DNA of 64,000 nucleotides from Malacoraja senta (taxonomy: Eukaryota). The DNA lies in the NCBI GenBank assembly GCA_038087875.1, contig CM075989.1, positions 248,001-312,000 on the forward strand, read 5' to 3'. Shown here piece after piece: positions 35,206 through 48,149 of this stretch. Position numbers and translations under genes: made by a program. A model generated the notes under the pieces. That model ran no database searches. It was not told the DNA's origin and saw only the letters and a list, made by a program, of their open reading frames with translations. Numbering within the stretch: the first letter of the stretch is position 1; each line of letters starts with the position of its first letter.

Positions 35206-36082
35206 AGGGAGGTTTCACGGCAGTCGGGTCACGACCCCATGACCCGTACTGTTGCTACGCTACGCCAAGTGGATTACACGCGATGAACTGCAGGCAGGCA
35301 CTTACCATTGTTTCCAGCGTAGCGGGCCCGTTAAAACCCGCCGAAATTGTCCATTTTTGCGCTGTAAATAATTATGGAAATCGTGATAAGCGTGAGAGAC
35401 ATTTAGCCAACTTCTGAATTCAAAAAGTGATGAGAAATGACGGTAGATTGAAGCGAGAGCTGAAAGGAAACAACAACAGCCAGAGTGCTTGGCGAACATT
35501 GGCCGTTTGCTCACTGCATTTCATCAACTAAGGCATTATTTGTGTTTTTTCTTGATTCCTTTGGCATCTAAAAAGTTTCAGAAGGGATAATCGCCCCTGG
35601 TTCTCGTGGGTTTTTACATACAAAATTAAAACGCCTCTGAAGCAAAAATTTACAACCAGATTTACCACTTCTGACACTTTTTAGATACCAAAGAAATAAA
35701 TCAAAAACAAATAATGCCTTACCGTTAATGAAATGCAGAGAACAAACGCGATAAATCCCGATATTTTCAATTCCGATATCTGCACGGCCAATGTTCGACA
35801 AGTATTTTAGCTGTTGTTGTCCCTTCAGCTCTCGCTTCTCTTCCCTTCATTTCGCTTCACTTTTGGAATTCTGAAGTTGGGTACATGTCTCTCACACTTA
35901 CCCCGACTTCCACAATTTTTTACAGCGAAAAAATTCAACATTTTGGTGGTTTTTAACAGGTAGGAAAGTACGCATTTCTTGTATTAATAACATATACCGG
36001 AAGTTACGGATGTCTTCCAGATGGATTGAGCGGCTCCGCGCGTCAAGCCCTATGACCCGGTGACCTTACGTGCAACCCCCCT
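35206..36082. mobile_element. Palindromic THAP-remnant TIR element, copy 3, inserted in a CR1
   Basis: CR1 reads CACTCCCTCG-AT[element]AT-AGCAAGAATGTCC; the uninterrupted CR1 at ~19276-19300 has a single AT, supporting an AT TSD. Confidence 0.85.
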
Positions 36083-36466
36083 ATAGCAAGAATGTCCTTC
36101 CGCAAATTACGAGACCAAAACTGCACACAAAACTCCATATGTGGTCTCACCAGGGACCTGTACAGCTACAGTAAGACCTCCTTGCTCCTAAACTCAAATC
36201 CTCTCGCAATGAAGGCCAACATGCCATTAGCTTTCTTCACTGCCTGATGTACCTGCATGCTTACTTTCAGTGACTGATGTACAAGCACACCCAGGTCTCT
36301 TTGTACGTCCCTTTTCCCTAACTTGACACCATTCAGATACTGGAGTAACATCTTACACTTTCTTATCTCTGTGGCTGCCTCTCCTGTCACTCTCAGTCTG
36401 AAGGTTTCTTCTCTCCAGAGATACTGCCTGGCTCGCTGAGTTACGCCAGCATTTTGTGTCTGTGTC

Positions 36467-38131
36467 TTTTTTAATTTTTTTTTAATTTTTACATTATTTT
36501 TATTAGAAGTACGGTAAATTACAATAATACACAACACTTATATCTTAATACATTTTTTATACCGCTTCATTTTTTTGAGCTTTAAGAGAAAGATAGAAGT
36601 AAGAAAAGTAAAGAAAGTGCGCAAGAGTCGTGAAGTGCAAGAGAGTGTTGTGAAAAGAAAGCCCCTTAGAAAAGAAGTTAGAGAAGGAAGTAAAGTAAGA
36701 AAGTAGACCCTAGAAAAGAAAGAAAAAGAAAGTAGGAACAATCGCAGAAAGGGGACCACCAACCAAGTCTGTTTTTATTGTTTTACCTCCCATTACCAGG
36801 TCCTGATACCATTTCTTTATTTATTTATTTTTTAAATTACTATTGCACCTCATGCTTGTAATAGGTCCAGAAACGTAGACCACGTCTTTTGGAATTGGTC
36901 TGCTTTACCTGCTAAGAGAAATCTCATCTCTTCCAGATGTAATGTTTCAAACATATTTGATGTCCACATTTTTATTGTTGGTGTGGGCGCATTTTTCCAG
37001 AATTTAAGTATGAGGTTTTTTCCCATTATTAGCCCGTAATTGAATAAGTTCTTCTAATACACGTTTAATTCAGGGATACCTTCCGATATTCCAAAAATGA
37101 TCCATTCTGGTTTTGGTACCAGTTTTATTTTAATTAATTTTGAAAAAATATCAAATATTTCATACCAGAATTTTGGGATTTTTGTACAAAAAACAAAAGA
37201 ATGCGCTATGGTAGCTTCTTGACATAGACATTTATCACAGATTGGTGAAACATTAGGAAAGATTTTATTTAATTTAGTTTTTGAATAATATAGTCTATGT
37301 AATGTTTTGAATTGGATGAGCGTATGTCATACGTTGATCGAACATTTATGCACCTGTAGTAAATGGTTATCCCAGCTCTCTTTTGAAATTTTTATAGCTA
37401 ATTCTTGTTCCCAGTCTCTTCTAATTCCATCTGTTGTGGGTATTTCTATTTTTAAAATGATATTATATAAGTACGATATTAGATTAGCTTATTCCGCCTT
37501 TGTCTTCATTGCTTCATCTAGTAAGTCGGGAGGCATATTATGATAGTCTTTTGTGTATATTTTCAGGTAATCACGAATTTGTAGATATTTAAAATATTGG
37601 TTATTTTTCAAATTATATTTCAGTTGTAGTTGTTGAAATGATAGTAATTTTCCCAATTCGTACAGATCTTCGAGCGTTTTGATTCCCATTCATTCCCATT
37701 GTATAAATGATTTGTCTATGGTTGAAGGTTTAAACGATGGGTTATTAACTATTGGTATTGAGAGAGATAGGTTTCTTAATTTTAGATTCTGTTTTATTTG
37801 TTTCCATGTTCTAATTGTGCTATTTATAATTGGATTTTTATTATAATTTTTATTATTCAAATTTATTGGAGAGAGAATAATCGCTCCTATATTACTCGGG
37901 GAGCAGTCCCCTTTTTCCATTACAATCCAGTCCGCCTGCTGGGCAGAATTGTCCAGCAGGTGAATCATATTTTTAATATTTACTGCCCAATTATAATACA
38001 TAAAGTTAGGGAGCGCGAGACCCCCCAACTCTTTTCGTTTATTAAGGTGAGCTCTTTGTATTCTATGGGATTTATAATCCCATATAAAATTTGTAATGTC
38101 TGAGTCCAATTTTTTGAAAAACTTTTTTGGG
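36467..38131 (-). mobile_element. L1 3' fragment (related to the 53-59 kb family)
   Basis: LPKKFFKKLDSDITNFIWDYK..GGLALPNF..YLQIRDY; A-rich tail at 36467-36500. Confidence 0.88.
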
Positions 38132-38461
38132 AGATTTTGTGTATGAACCAGCATCTGCAGTTCCTTGTGATAGGGCAACGTTTCAGGCCTACTTGGCTAC
38201 TTGTCAAACTTTGTTCGAGTTGAGAAATGTCATTCTCTAATTTTAGTTAAGCATCCAACAACCTACCTTCCACTCGTTGATTGCGGAATGAATATTGATT
38301 TCTCTAACTTCAAGTAACCCTTACATACCATCTCTCTCCATCCCTCCCTCCCCCGTCATACCAGCTTCAAAGTCGTCCTGTTGAGTCTCACTGTCTGTAA
38401 CTCGATAACCTTAGCATCTGCTTTGTTCTGTCATTTTCACATCTCGCCCTTCCATATCTCC
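38132..38461 (+). mobile_element. Penelope fragment (duplicate of 30291-30618)
   Basis: Near-identical to 30291-30618, including GMNIDFSNFK*. Confidence 0.7.
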
Positions 38462-39950
38462 AATTCCCGCCGTGCCAGATGCAGTTTATCCGGCGGCAGT
38501 CGGCACGCTCGTGTGTGCAGAGGTGGGCCGGTAGTCTGAATAAAATGTACCACTCCGTGGCTGGGGGTTGGTGATCGAAACTGCGGGGTCATAATGTCTG
38601 GGAACGCGGCCAAGATACGTGCGAAGCGGGAGTCCACGGACGACAGGGGCCGTCCCACCGGTTGAGACGAACGCAACGTGATCGGCTCCATCGTAGCGGC
38701 GTTGACCAAGCGCTGACGCCTGACGTCCACTATGAGGGAATGTGCCCGGAGGAAATCGGCCCCGAGCAATGGCTGGGAGACGTCGGCAATGGTGAACTGC
38801 CACGAGAAATGGCAGGAGCCGAACACGATTGGAACCATGCGCACTCCATATGTGCGGATGGGGCTGCCATTCGCCGCGGTGAGGACGGGCCCCTGCTTAC
38901 CGGAACGAATGTCGGCCAGCGAAGGGGGCAGGACGCTGAGCTCCGCTCCAGTATCAACGAGGAAGCGGGTCCCGGAGCGCCGATCCCAGGCGAAGAGGCG
39001 GTGAATTTGGCCGGCCGCCGCGGGAACTATTGGCAGCCGGACCAGGCATTTCCTGGGAACGTGCATGGCTGGCGGCATAGTCGTGCTGCAGCACCCCAGC
39101 GCTGGTGGTAGTAGCACCAGCGCCTCATGTTGGTGTTACTTGAAGCTTGCTGGCTCCTGTTGGTGGTGCCTGCAGCTTGCTGCCGCTGGACTGCAGGTGC
39201 AGTACCCCTCACGGAGGGGGGGGGCGATCTGACGGCCCGTCGGGCTGGAGCTATCACTCCTTCCACAGCTCCCCCGCCCCACCGGAGGAAATCGGGAGCT
39301 GCCGGGGTGACGTCATCGGCACGCCTGCCGACGGCCAGCGCGTTGCCGTCATCAGGGCGCGTCGGCCTCAGCACGTCCCCGTCTCTGCTGACGGCCAGCG
39401 CGCTGACGTCATCAGGGCGCGCCATCCACAGCGCGTCGGCGCGCCTCCCGAAGTCCCTGATGTCGGCGAAGGAGACGTCTGTGAGCTGCAGACGAATGCA
39501 GGCCGGCAGTAGATGCAGGTAAGTGTATTCGAATAGCGGCGTGTGCCCGTCCAGTAGAGCCACCATCTCCTTTAGGAGGCTTGATGGCCGTCGGTCGCCT
39601 AGGCCCTCGATATGCAGGATCCTTGCAGCACGCTCCATCCTACTTAGACCATAAATCTGGAGCAGGAGCTCCTAAGGCCGAGATATTTATCAGTGTCCGG
39701 GGGGGCTGCGAGGAAGTCCGTGACCTCCTCAACCGTGTCCTGGTCGAGAGCCCCCACCAGGCAATAGAAGCGGGTGGCATCGACCGTGATGCCCCGCAGG
39801 TTGAACTGGGCCTCCGCCTGCTGGAACCAGATAAGCGGCCGGGTGGTCCAGAAGGTAGGCAGATTCACCGAGACCGCGTCCAGAGACAGGGCCGGGCCGG
39901 CCTGTGAGGAGGTAGGGCTTTGTCTTCCCTCCATCATGACGCCAATGGAG

Positions 39951-39964
39951 CGTCGGGGTCACCA
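39951..39964 (-). promoter_or_regulatory. Primer-binding site complementary to tRNA-Trp
   Basis: TGGTGACCCCGACG one base downstream of the LTR; same start as the ASLV tRNA-Trp PBS. Confidence 0.88.
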
Positions 39965-39965
39965 A

Positions 39966-40167
39966 TGTGGTGCGTGTTTCTCGAAAGTAAGCACGAAGTC
40001 CAGTGTTTTGAGAAGCACCTTTTATTACGTCCTCCCAGCTGTAGGGAAGACCAAACAAGAGAAAGATGGCACCCAAACACTCTAGCTAAGGGCCGCCTCC
40101 GGACTGAACCACTCCCGTGCCGAGGGGTTCGACAGGTATAATGGCACGACCCTTGGGAGCCGCCACA
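39966..40167 (-). repeat. Gypsy 5' LTR (202 bp)
   Basis: TGTGG...CCACA termini, internal AATAAA and adjacent PBS. Confidence 0.88.
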
Positions 40168-43100
40168 GTGGTATATTATTCAGTTTTAAAGCTTTTTTTA
40201 ATTGTTTCCAAATTCGTATTCCACTATGTATTATAGGGTTTTCCTTATAGTTTTTTTAATGCAGTTTTGTGGGAGCAAATATAATCGAACCTATTTCAAA
40301 AGGTAAACAGTCTTCCTTTTCCATCCTTAACCATTCTGGTTGTTGATCCATTTATTCCAGCCAGTAATTCATGTTTTTAATATGGCCTGCCCAAAAATAA
40401 AATAAGGAATTTGGCAAGGCCAACCCTCCGTTGCTCTTTGACTTACATAAATGTTTTTTACTTATTCTATGATTCTTATATTCCCAAATAAAGCTTGTAA
40501 CAATGGAATCAACTTTTTTGAAAATGTTTTTTGGGATATATATCGGAATTAATTGAAATAAGTATAGTAGTTGCGGTAAGAAAATCATTTTTATAGCATT
40601 AATTCTACCAAGCATTGAAATGGGAAATGTTTTCCAGTACTGAATATGCTTGTGTTAGGGATGGAAAATTTAGTTTAAATAAAGAGGTATATGTCTTAGT
40701 TACGTAGATTCCTAAATATTTAAGTTTATCTTTAACTATTTTAAAAGGGGATTGTTGTATTGTATTTAAATTGAATTTTGTTATTGGCATGATTTCACTT
40801 TTATTCTAGTTAATTCTATATCCTGAGAACTGACCAAATTGTGTTATTAGATTTAATAGATTTGGAATACTAGTTTCTAACTTTGTAATATATATTAGTA
40901 CATCATCTGCATAAAAGGAAATGTTATTCCTTGTATCTCTAGTGTTGTATCCATGTATTCCTGGATGGTTTCTAACGCTTTCTGCTAATGGTTCAATTGC
41001 AAGAGCAAATAATAGTGGGGATAGTGAACATCCTTGTCTACAACCTCTAGAAAGATTAAATTTAGCTGATAACATTTGGTTTGTTAATATTCTAGCTGTT
41101 GGATTAGAGTATAACAATTTAACCCATGTACAGTACTTCTCTCCCAATTGAAATTTTTTTCATTACCGAAAATAAATATGTCCATTCTACCTGGTCAAAT
41201 GCCTTTTCAGCATCTAACGAAATAATTGCTAGATCTGCATTAGGAATTCTATTTGTATATATAATATTGAATAGTCTTCTCAAATTATAAAAGGAGTAAC
41301 GTTTTGAAATAAACCTGTTTGGTCGGGGTGTATTAATTTGTTAATCACTAAGCTCAATCTATGAGATAGGATTTTGGTTAATATTTTCTGATCAGTATTT
41401 AAGAGAGCTATTGCTCTATATGAACCTGGGTCTTCAGGGTCCTTATCCGGTTTCGGTATAAGTATGATTGTAGATTCAAATAGAGTTTCTGGGAATTTCT
41501 GTTGAGTGTAAGCTTGTTTGTAAAGTGTCTGTAGGCGTGGAGAAATCAGATCGTAAAATGTTTAATAAAATTCAGAGCTTAGACCACCAGGACCTGCGGC
41601 CTTTCCGTTTTTTTAAAGATCTGATTGACTCTTCGATGTCTTTTACCATAATTTCTACATCTAGTGATTCTCTCTCTTTCTTATCTAAACCTGTAAGATT
41701 ACATTTCTGTAGATTGGATGGGTATATGGACGGGAAAGGAATGGAGGGTTATGGTCTGAGTGCAGGTAGATGGGACTAGTGGGAAGTATTTATTAAAAAA
41801 AAAAAAAATAATAATAATAATAATAATAATAATTATAATAATGTTCGGCACGGACTTGAAGGGCCGAGATGGCCTGTTTCCGTGCTGTAATGGTTATATG
41901 GTTATATAGAAATGTTTCCATTCCTGCTGATTGTTCTGTTGTTTTAGATGAATACAGTTTTTGATAATATTGTAAAAATCTATCATTAATATCTAATTTT
42001 GTAAATTGTTTTTTCCCTGTCCTGTTTACGAAGTTGACGCGCTAATAGTTTTTGTGGTTTATCTCCAAATTCAAGGTTTAATTGCTTTGTATGTTGATAT
42101 AGTTTTATAACTTGGTCTGAGTATATCTTGTTTAACTTATATTTCAGTACTGCAATTTTATTGTGTTTTGCCATAGATGGTGCTATTGCATTTTCTATGT
42201 CTAATTGCCTTATTTCCATTTCCAAAGTCTGTTGTTTGGCCCTATTCTCTATGTTAAGAAATGATTGGGAAGAGATTAATGCTCCTCGCACAAATGCTTT
42301 AAATGTTTCCCAAAGAAGGGAGGCAGAGATTCCAGGGCTGTCATTAGCCTCAAAAAACATATTAATCCAGTGTACAATTTAAGTCTCCACCGATAATTAA
42401 GTTATGTTGTGTACATTCCGGGATAATGTTAAGTATTCTCTTAAAAAACAGGGGGCTATCAAAATTTGGTCCATACACATTAAGGAGAGTCACTTTTTTT
42501 GAGTATAACTCCCCTACTAATACAATATATCTGCCTTCAATATCTTCTGTCGTTGATATACGTTTAAAGGGTATACCTTTACGAATTAATATTGCAACAC
42601 CTCTAGATTTATGTGAGAATGAAGAGTGATACGTTTTAGCAATCCATTTGGCTTTCAATCTATGTTGTGCTTCCTTTTTAAGATGCGTTTCCTGGAGAAA
42701 TATTACATCTGCTTTAAGTGATTTAAAGCAGATGTAACGTAAGCTAATACTTTACCTCTCTTGATTGGTTCATTAATTCCCTTAACATTCCAGCTACAGA
42801 ATTTAATTCCTTCACCCCCAATTTTCATATTAACGTCTTGCATCTTGTGATTAAAGTGGTCTATGTTGGAGCAGATGGCTCAGCACATTAAACCCTACCT
42901 TATACCCGAACCTCAGGTAGATGAATTTTAGGTCTTGTCGGTTTTCCATCCGGACATATCTCCCTAAATAAAATATATAATTCCATTCCAAATACAAAAT
43001 ATAATATAACATAAGAATGAAAAGGTTAAAAAATGTTGCATTAGTAACGTGTAAAGAGTAGAAAAAGAAGAAAACTACAACTATGATTAGTGCAGTTAGT

Positions 43101-43260
43101 GATAGCCACTTGGTGGCTAAACATCTAAAGACTTCCGTAGCTTTTGTTAAAAAATATATATATATTACTAGCTCCGTAATTTCCTTAAAAGAAAGTTTCA
43201 ATTACAATGAAAACAATTTATGAGGGGGAGGGAAACAATAGTTTTATTCCATAATTGAAA
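40168..43260 (-). mobile_element. L1 family A copy 2, degraded, with internal deletions
   Basis: Reverse-complement homologue of 886-4050; ORF2 ATG at 42841-42843. Confidence 0.9.
41710..41906 (+). mobile_element. CR1-B 3' stub inserted in L1
   Basis: RLDGYMDGKGMEGYGLSAGRWD, 3' hairpin and tail; TAGA duplicated at both ends. Confidence 0.9.
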
Positions 43261-43296
43261 TAATTGTTAGTCTCCAATTGAAATGTTAGTATCGTA

Positions 43297-44343
43297 TAGT
43301 AGGTATGTTACAAAACTTACCTTCAATGGCGCTGTAATTCTGCCACTGACCGTGTGCGCGATTTTGGCGGCCTTTAAGGGGGGGGCGGGCTTAAAACGCG
43401 GGTTTCTCCTACCTTGTCCTGAATTATATTTCGTTGGAGTACAAGCGTTTGCTGAAAAATCGTTCCTAGGGGCGTTTTGTGAATTTTTTATTTTTATTAA
43501 ATCGACAATGTCAGCCCTGGAGTCATTTTAAAAGCAGCTCCTGAAGCCATCAACGCCGATAACGGGGACGGATTTCACACACGGGACAGGTAAACGAAAG
43601 TGGTTTCTTTTAATGTATAAAAGTGCTTCTTAAGAAGCCTTTAATTCACATTTTTTCATGCGAAATGGTGATTTTATTCCCCGAACTAACGGCAGTATTT
43701 TTCATGCCAATACGGGGTTAAATTCACCGCAAATGAACGTTCCAAATGATCGCGTTCCAGAAATCCTCACTCACAAGATGATTTAAAAGCCCATTAATTT
43801 ACAGGTATTAAACATTCAATTCCTTCCATTTGGCCTGTAAATTCATGACAATGAGATAAAAAAATTATGTTATATTGTGAATTCTTGTGTGAATGTTATT
43901 TGGCCACAGGCTATTTAAAAATGTTAATCTATTCTTAAGAAATTGATAGATGTTTAGATCTAGTAATTGAATTTTGCAATTAGCTACAATTAGGTAACTA
44001 ACTAATTATATGCTTTAATTTCATGTCTTCCAAGTAAGATTGTTTCATAATTTGTTTCAGAATGCATCAATCTATAATAACTGAAAATGTCTTTCAGTTC
44101 TCTTAATTTTTAAGAAAGTTATGGGCTTTTAACTGTCCTCGATCACAGCTTTTGTATTAAGTCAATGGAAAAGCAATAGGGAACAAGATGCTAATTTCCA
44201 AGTATGAAAATGGCCATAACGTTTTTAATACTGAAGATATGAAAGTGAATTAGGTGTCAAATTAAACTTCTTTTTATGCTTTCTGATGGGATCAATTGCA
44301 GACTTTATTTTTAAAATCTCAAAATTTTGTAACATTGCTACTA
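43297..44343. mobile_element. Non-autonomous DNA transposon, superfamily uncertain
   Basis: 19-bp TIR TAGTAGGTATGTTACAAAA / TTTTGTAACATTGCTACTA with 2 mismatches; no coding capacity. Confidence 0.65.
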
Positions 44344-44685
44344 GATGCAGGAAACATGTTCTCCATGTGGGAAGTCCAAAACCAGTGGCCACAGTTTAAG
44401 AATATGGGGTAGGCCATTTAGGACTGAGATGAGGAAAAACTTTACACCCAGAGAGTTGTGATTCTGTGGAATTATCTGCCACAGAAGGTAGTGGAGGCCA
44501 ATTCACTGGAGGTTTTCAAGAGAGAGTTAGATTTAGCTCTTCCGGCTAATGAAATCAAGGGATATGGGGAGAAAGCAGGAACGGGGACTGATTGTGGATG
44601 ATCAGTCGTGATCATACATCATATTGAATGGCGGTGCTGGCTCAAAGGGCCAAATGGCCTACTCCTGCACTTATTGCCTATGTAA
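44344..44685 (+). mobile_element. Old CR1 3' fragment
   Basis: Degenerate match to the CR1-A 3' end, including GGCCAAATGGCC. Confidence 0.75.
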
Positions 44686-44752
44686 AAGCTTTTCACTCCA
44701 CATCACCGTCTATATCTTTTCTGCGACTCACAGTCTGAGGAAGGGTCTCAAC

Positions 44753-47700
44753 ATTTCTGGATCATTGGGACCTCTTTTGTGGAAGGTGCGACCTGTACAA
44801 AATGGATGGGTTGCACTTGAACCTGAGGGGGACCGATATCCTGGCGGGGAGATCTGCAAAGGCTACTGGGGAGACTTTAAACTAGAATGGTTGGGGAGAG
44901 GGACTCAAATAGAGAATGCTATTAGACAGTGTGTGAGGCAGGAGGCATAGAAGGAAAGCACTCAGACCCAACATGTAGGGGGGAAAGAAGAAAACAATAA
45001 TAAACAGAGAATAAGAGGTGGTGGATTCTTAAATGGGTGAGCAGAGAAACAGAGAGGTGTAAAATGCGGGCGGAAGCAACAGGTAGCAAGGTGAAAAGTA
45101 AAAGTGGCAGGCAGACAAATCCAGGGCAAAAATCAAAACGGGCCACTTTTCAACATAATTGTATAAGGGGTAAGAGCATTGTAAAACAAGCCTGAAGACT
45201 TTGTGTCTCAATGCAATCAGCATTCGTAATAAGGTGGATGAGTTGAACGTGCAGATAGCAATTAATGATTATGATATAGTTGGGATCACGGAGACATGGC
45301 TCCAGGGTGACCAAGGCTGGGAGCTGAACATCCAGGGATATTCAATATTCAGGAGGGATAGAGAGAAAGGAAAAGGAGGTGGGGTAGCGTTGCTGTTTAG
45401 AGAGGAGATTAACGCAGTGGAAAGGAAGGACATTAGCTTGGAGGATGTGGAATCGGTATGGGTAGAGCTGCGAAACACTAAGGGGCAGAAAACGCTGGTG
45501 GGTGTTGTGTACAGGCCACCTAGCAGTAGTAGTGAAGTTGGGGATGGCATCAAACAGGAAATTAGAAATGCGTGCAACAAAGGCAAAACAGTTATAATGG
45601 GTGACTTCAATCTACATATAGATTGGGTGAATCAAATTGGCAGGGGTGCTGAGGAAGAGGATTTCTTGGAATGTATGCGGGATAGTTATCTAAACCAACA
45701 TGTAGAGGAACCAACGAGAGAGCAGGCTATTCTAGACTGGGTATTGAGTAATGAGGAAGGGTTAGTTAGCAGTCTTGTTGTGCGTGCCCCCTTGGGCAAG
45801 AGTGACCATAATATGGTTGAGTTCTTCATTAGGATGGAGAGTGACATTGTTAATTCAGAAACAACGGTTCTGAACTTAAAGAAAGGTAACTTTGAGGGTA
45901 TGAGACGTGAATTGGCCAAGATTGACTGGCAATTAGTTCTAAAAGGGTTGACGGTGGATATGCAATGGAAGGCATTTAAAGACTGCATGGATGAACTACA
46001 AAAATTGTTCATCCCAGTTTGGCAAAAGAATAAATCAGGAAAGGTAGTGCATCCGTGGATAACAAGCGAAATCAGGGATAGTATCAAAGCAAAAGATGAT
46101 GCGTACAAATTAGCCAGAAAAGCAGCATACCAGAGGACTGGGAGAAATTCAGAGACCAGCAGAGGAGGACAAAGGGCTTATTTAGGAAAGGGAAAATAGA
46201 TTATGAAAGAAAACTGGCAGGGAACATAAAAACTGACTGCAAACGTTTTTATAGATATGTGAAGAGAAAGAGATTAGTTAAAACAAATGTAGGTCCCTTG
46301 CAGTCAGAAACAGGTGAATTGATCATGGGGAACAAGGATATGGCGGACCAATTGAATAACTACTTTGGTTCCGTCTTCACTAAGGAAGACATAAATAATC
46401 TGCCGGAAATAGCAGGGGGCCGCGGGTCAAAGGAGATGGAGGAACTGAGTGAAATCCAGGTTAGTCGGGAAGTGGTGTTGGGTAAATTGAATGGATTAAA
46501 GGCCGATAAATCACCAGGGCCAGATAGGCTGCATCCCAGAGTACTTAAGGAAGTAGCTCCAAAAATAGTGGAAGCATTAGTGATAATATTTCAAAACTCT
46601 TTAGATTCTGGAGTAGTTCCTGAGGATTGGAGGGTAGCAAACGTAACCCCACTTTTTAAGAAGGGAGGGAGAGAGAAAACGGGGAATTACAGACCAGTTA
46701 GTCTAACATCGGTAGTGGGGAAACTGCTAGAGTCAGTTATTAAAGATGGGATAGCAGCACATTTGGAAAGTGGTGAAATCATTGGACAAAGTCAGCATTG
46801 ATTTATGAAAGGTAAATCGTGTCTGACGAATCTTATAGAATTTTTCGAGGATGTAACTAGTAGAGTGGATAGGGGATAACCAGTGGATGTGTTGTATCTG
46901 GACTTTCAGAAGGCTTTCGACAAGGTACCACATAAGAGATTAGTATACAAACTTAAAGCACACGGTATTGGGGGTTCAGTATTGATGTGGATAGAGAACT
47001 GGCTGGCAAACAGGAAGCAAAGAGTAGGAGTAAACGGGTCCTTTTCACAATGGCAGGCAGTGAACAGTGGGGTACCGCAAGGCTCAGTGCTGGGACCCCA
47101 GCTATTTACAATTTATATTAATGAACTGGATGAGGGAATTGAAGGCAACATCTCCAAGTTTGCAGATGACACTAAGCTGGGGGGCAGTGTTAGCTGTGAG
47201 GAGGATACTAGGAGACTGCAAGGTGACTTGGATAGGCTGGGTGAGTGGGCAAATGTTTGGCAGATGCAGTATAATGTGGATAAATGTGAGGTTATCCACT
47301 TTGGTAGCAAAAACAGGAAAGCAGACTAATATCTAAATGGTGGCCGATTAGGAAATGGGGAGATGCAGCGAGACCTGGGTGTCGTGGTACACCAGTCATT
47401 GAAAGTAGGCATGCAGGTGCAGCAGCAGTGAAGAAAGCGAATGGTATGTTAGCTTTCATAGCAAAAGGATTTGAGTATAGGAGCAGGGAGGTTCTACTGC
47501 AGTTGTACAGGGTCTTGGTGAGACCACACCTGGAGTATTGCGTACAGTTTTGGTCTACAAATCTGAGGAAGGACATTATAGCCATAGAGGGAGTGCAGAG
47601 AGGGTTCACCAGACTGATTCCTGGGATGTCAGGACTTTCATATGAAGAAAGACTGGATAGACTTGGCTTATACTCGCTAGAATTTAGGAGATTGAGAGGG

Positions 47701-48073
47701 TATCTTATAGAAACGTACAAAATTCTTATGAGGTTGGACAGGCTAGATGCAGGAAGATTGTTCCCGATGTTGGGGAAGTCCAGGAGAAGGGGTCACAGCT
47801 TAAGGATAAGACCGAGATGAGGAAAAACTTTTTCACACAGAGAGTGGTGAATCTCTGGAACTCTCTGCCACAGAGGGTAGTTGAGGCCAGTTCATTGGCT
47901 ATATTTAAGAGGGAGTTAGATGTGGCCCTTGTGGCTAAAGGGATCAGGGGGTATGGAGAGAAGGCAGGTACGGGATACTGAGTTGAATGGCAGTGCAGGC
48001 TCGAAGGGCCGAATGGCCTACTCCTGAAGGGCCGAATGGCCTACTCCTGCACCTATTTTCTATGTATCTATGT
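44753..48073 (+). mobile_element. Chimeric CR1 (family-B ORF1 end and linker plus family-A ORF2), inserted into a Penelope hammerhead
   Basis: 44753-45034 matches 6740-7024; 45035 onward matches 23365 onward; flanks rejoin as CTGAGGAAGGGTCTCAACCTTGAAACGTC with AAC duplicated. Confidence 0.88.
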
Positions 48074-48149
48074 AACCTTGAAACGTCGCCCATTCCTTCT
48101 CTCCAGAGACGCTGCCCATCCCGCTGCGTTACTGCAGCATTAGGTTTGC

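Larger units (their letters stand above)
38462..40167 (-). mobile_element. Gypsy (CsRn1 clade) 5' half: LTR, PBS, gag, protease
   Basis: VSVNLPTFW..WFQQAEAQF gag start, CHCC motif CYYH..C..C, FLVDTGA protease and tRNA-Trp PBS. Confidence 0.92.
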
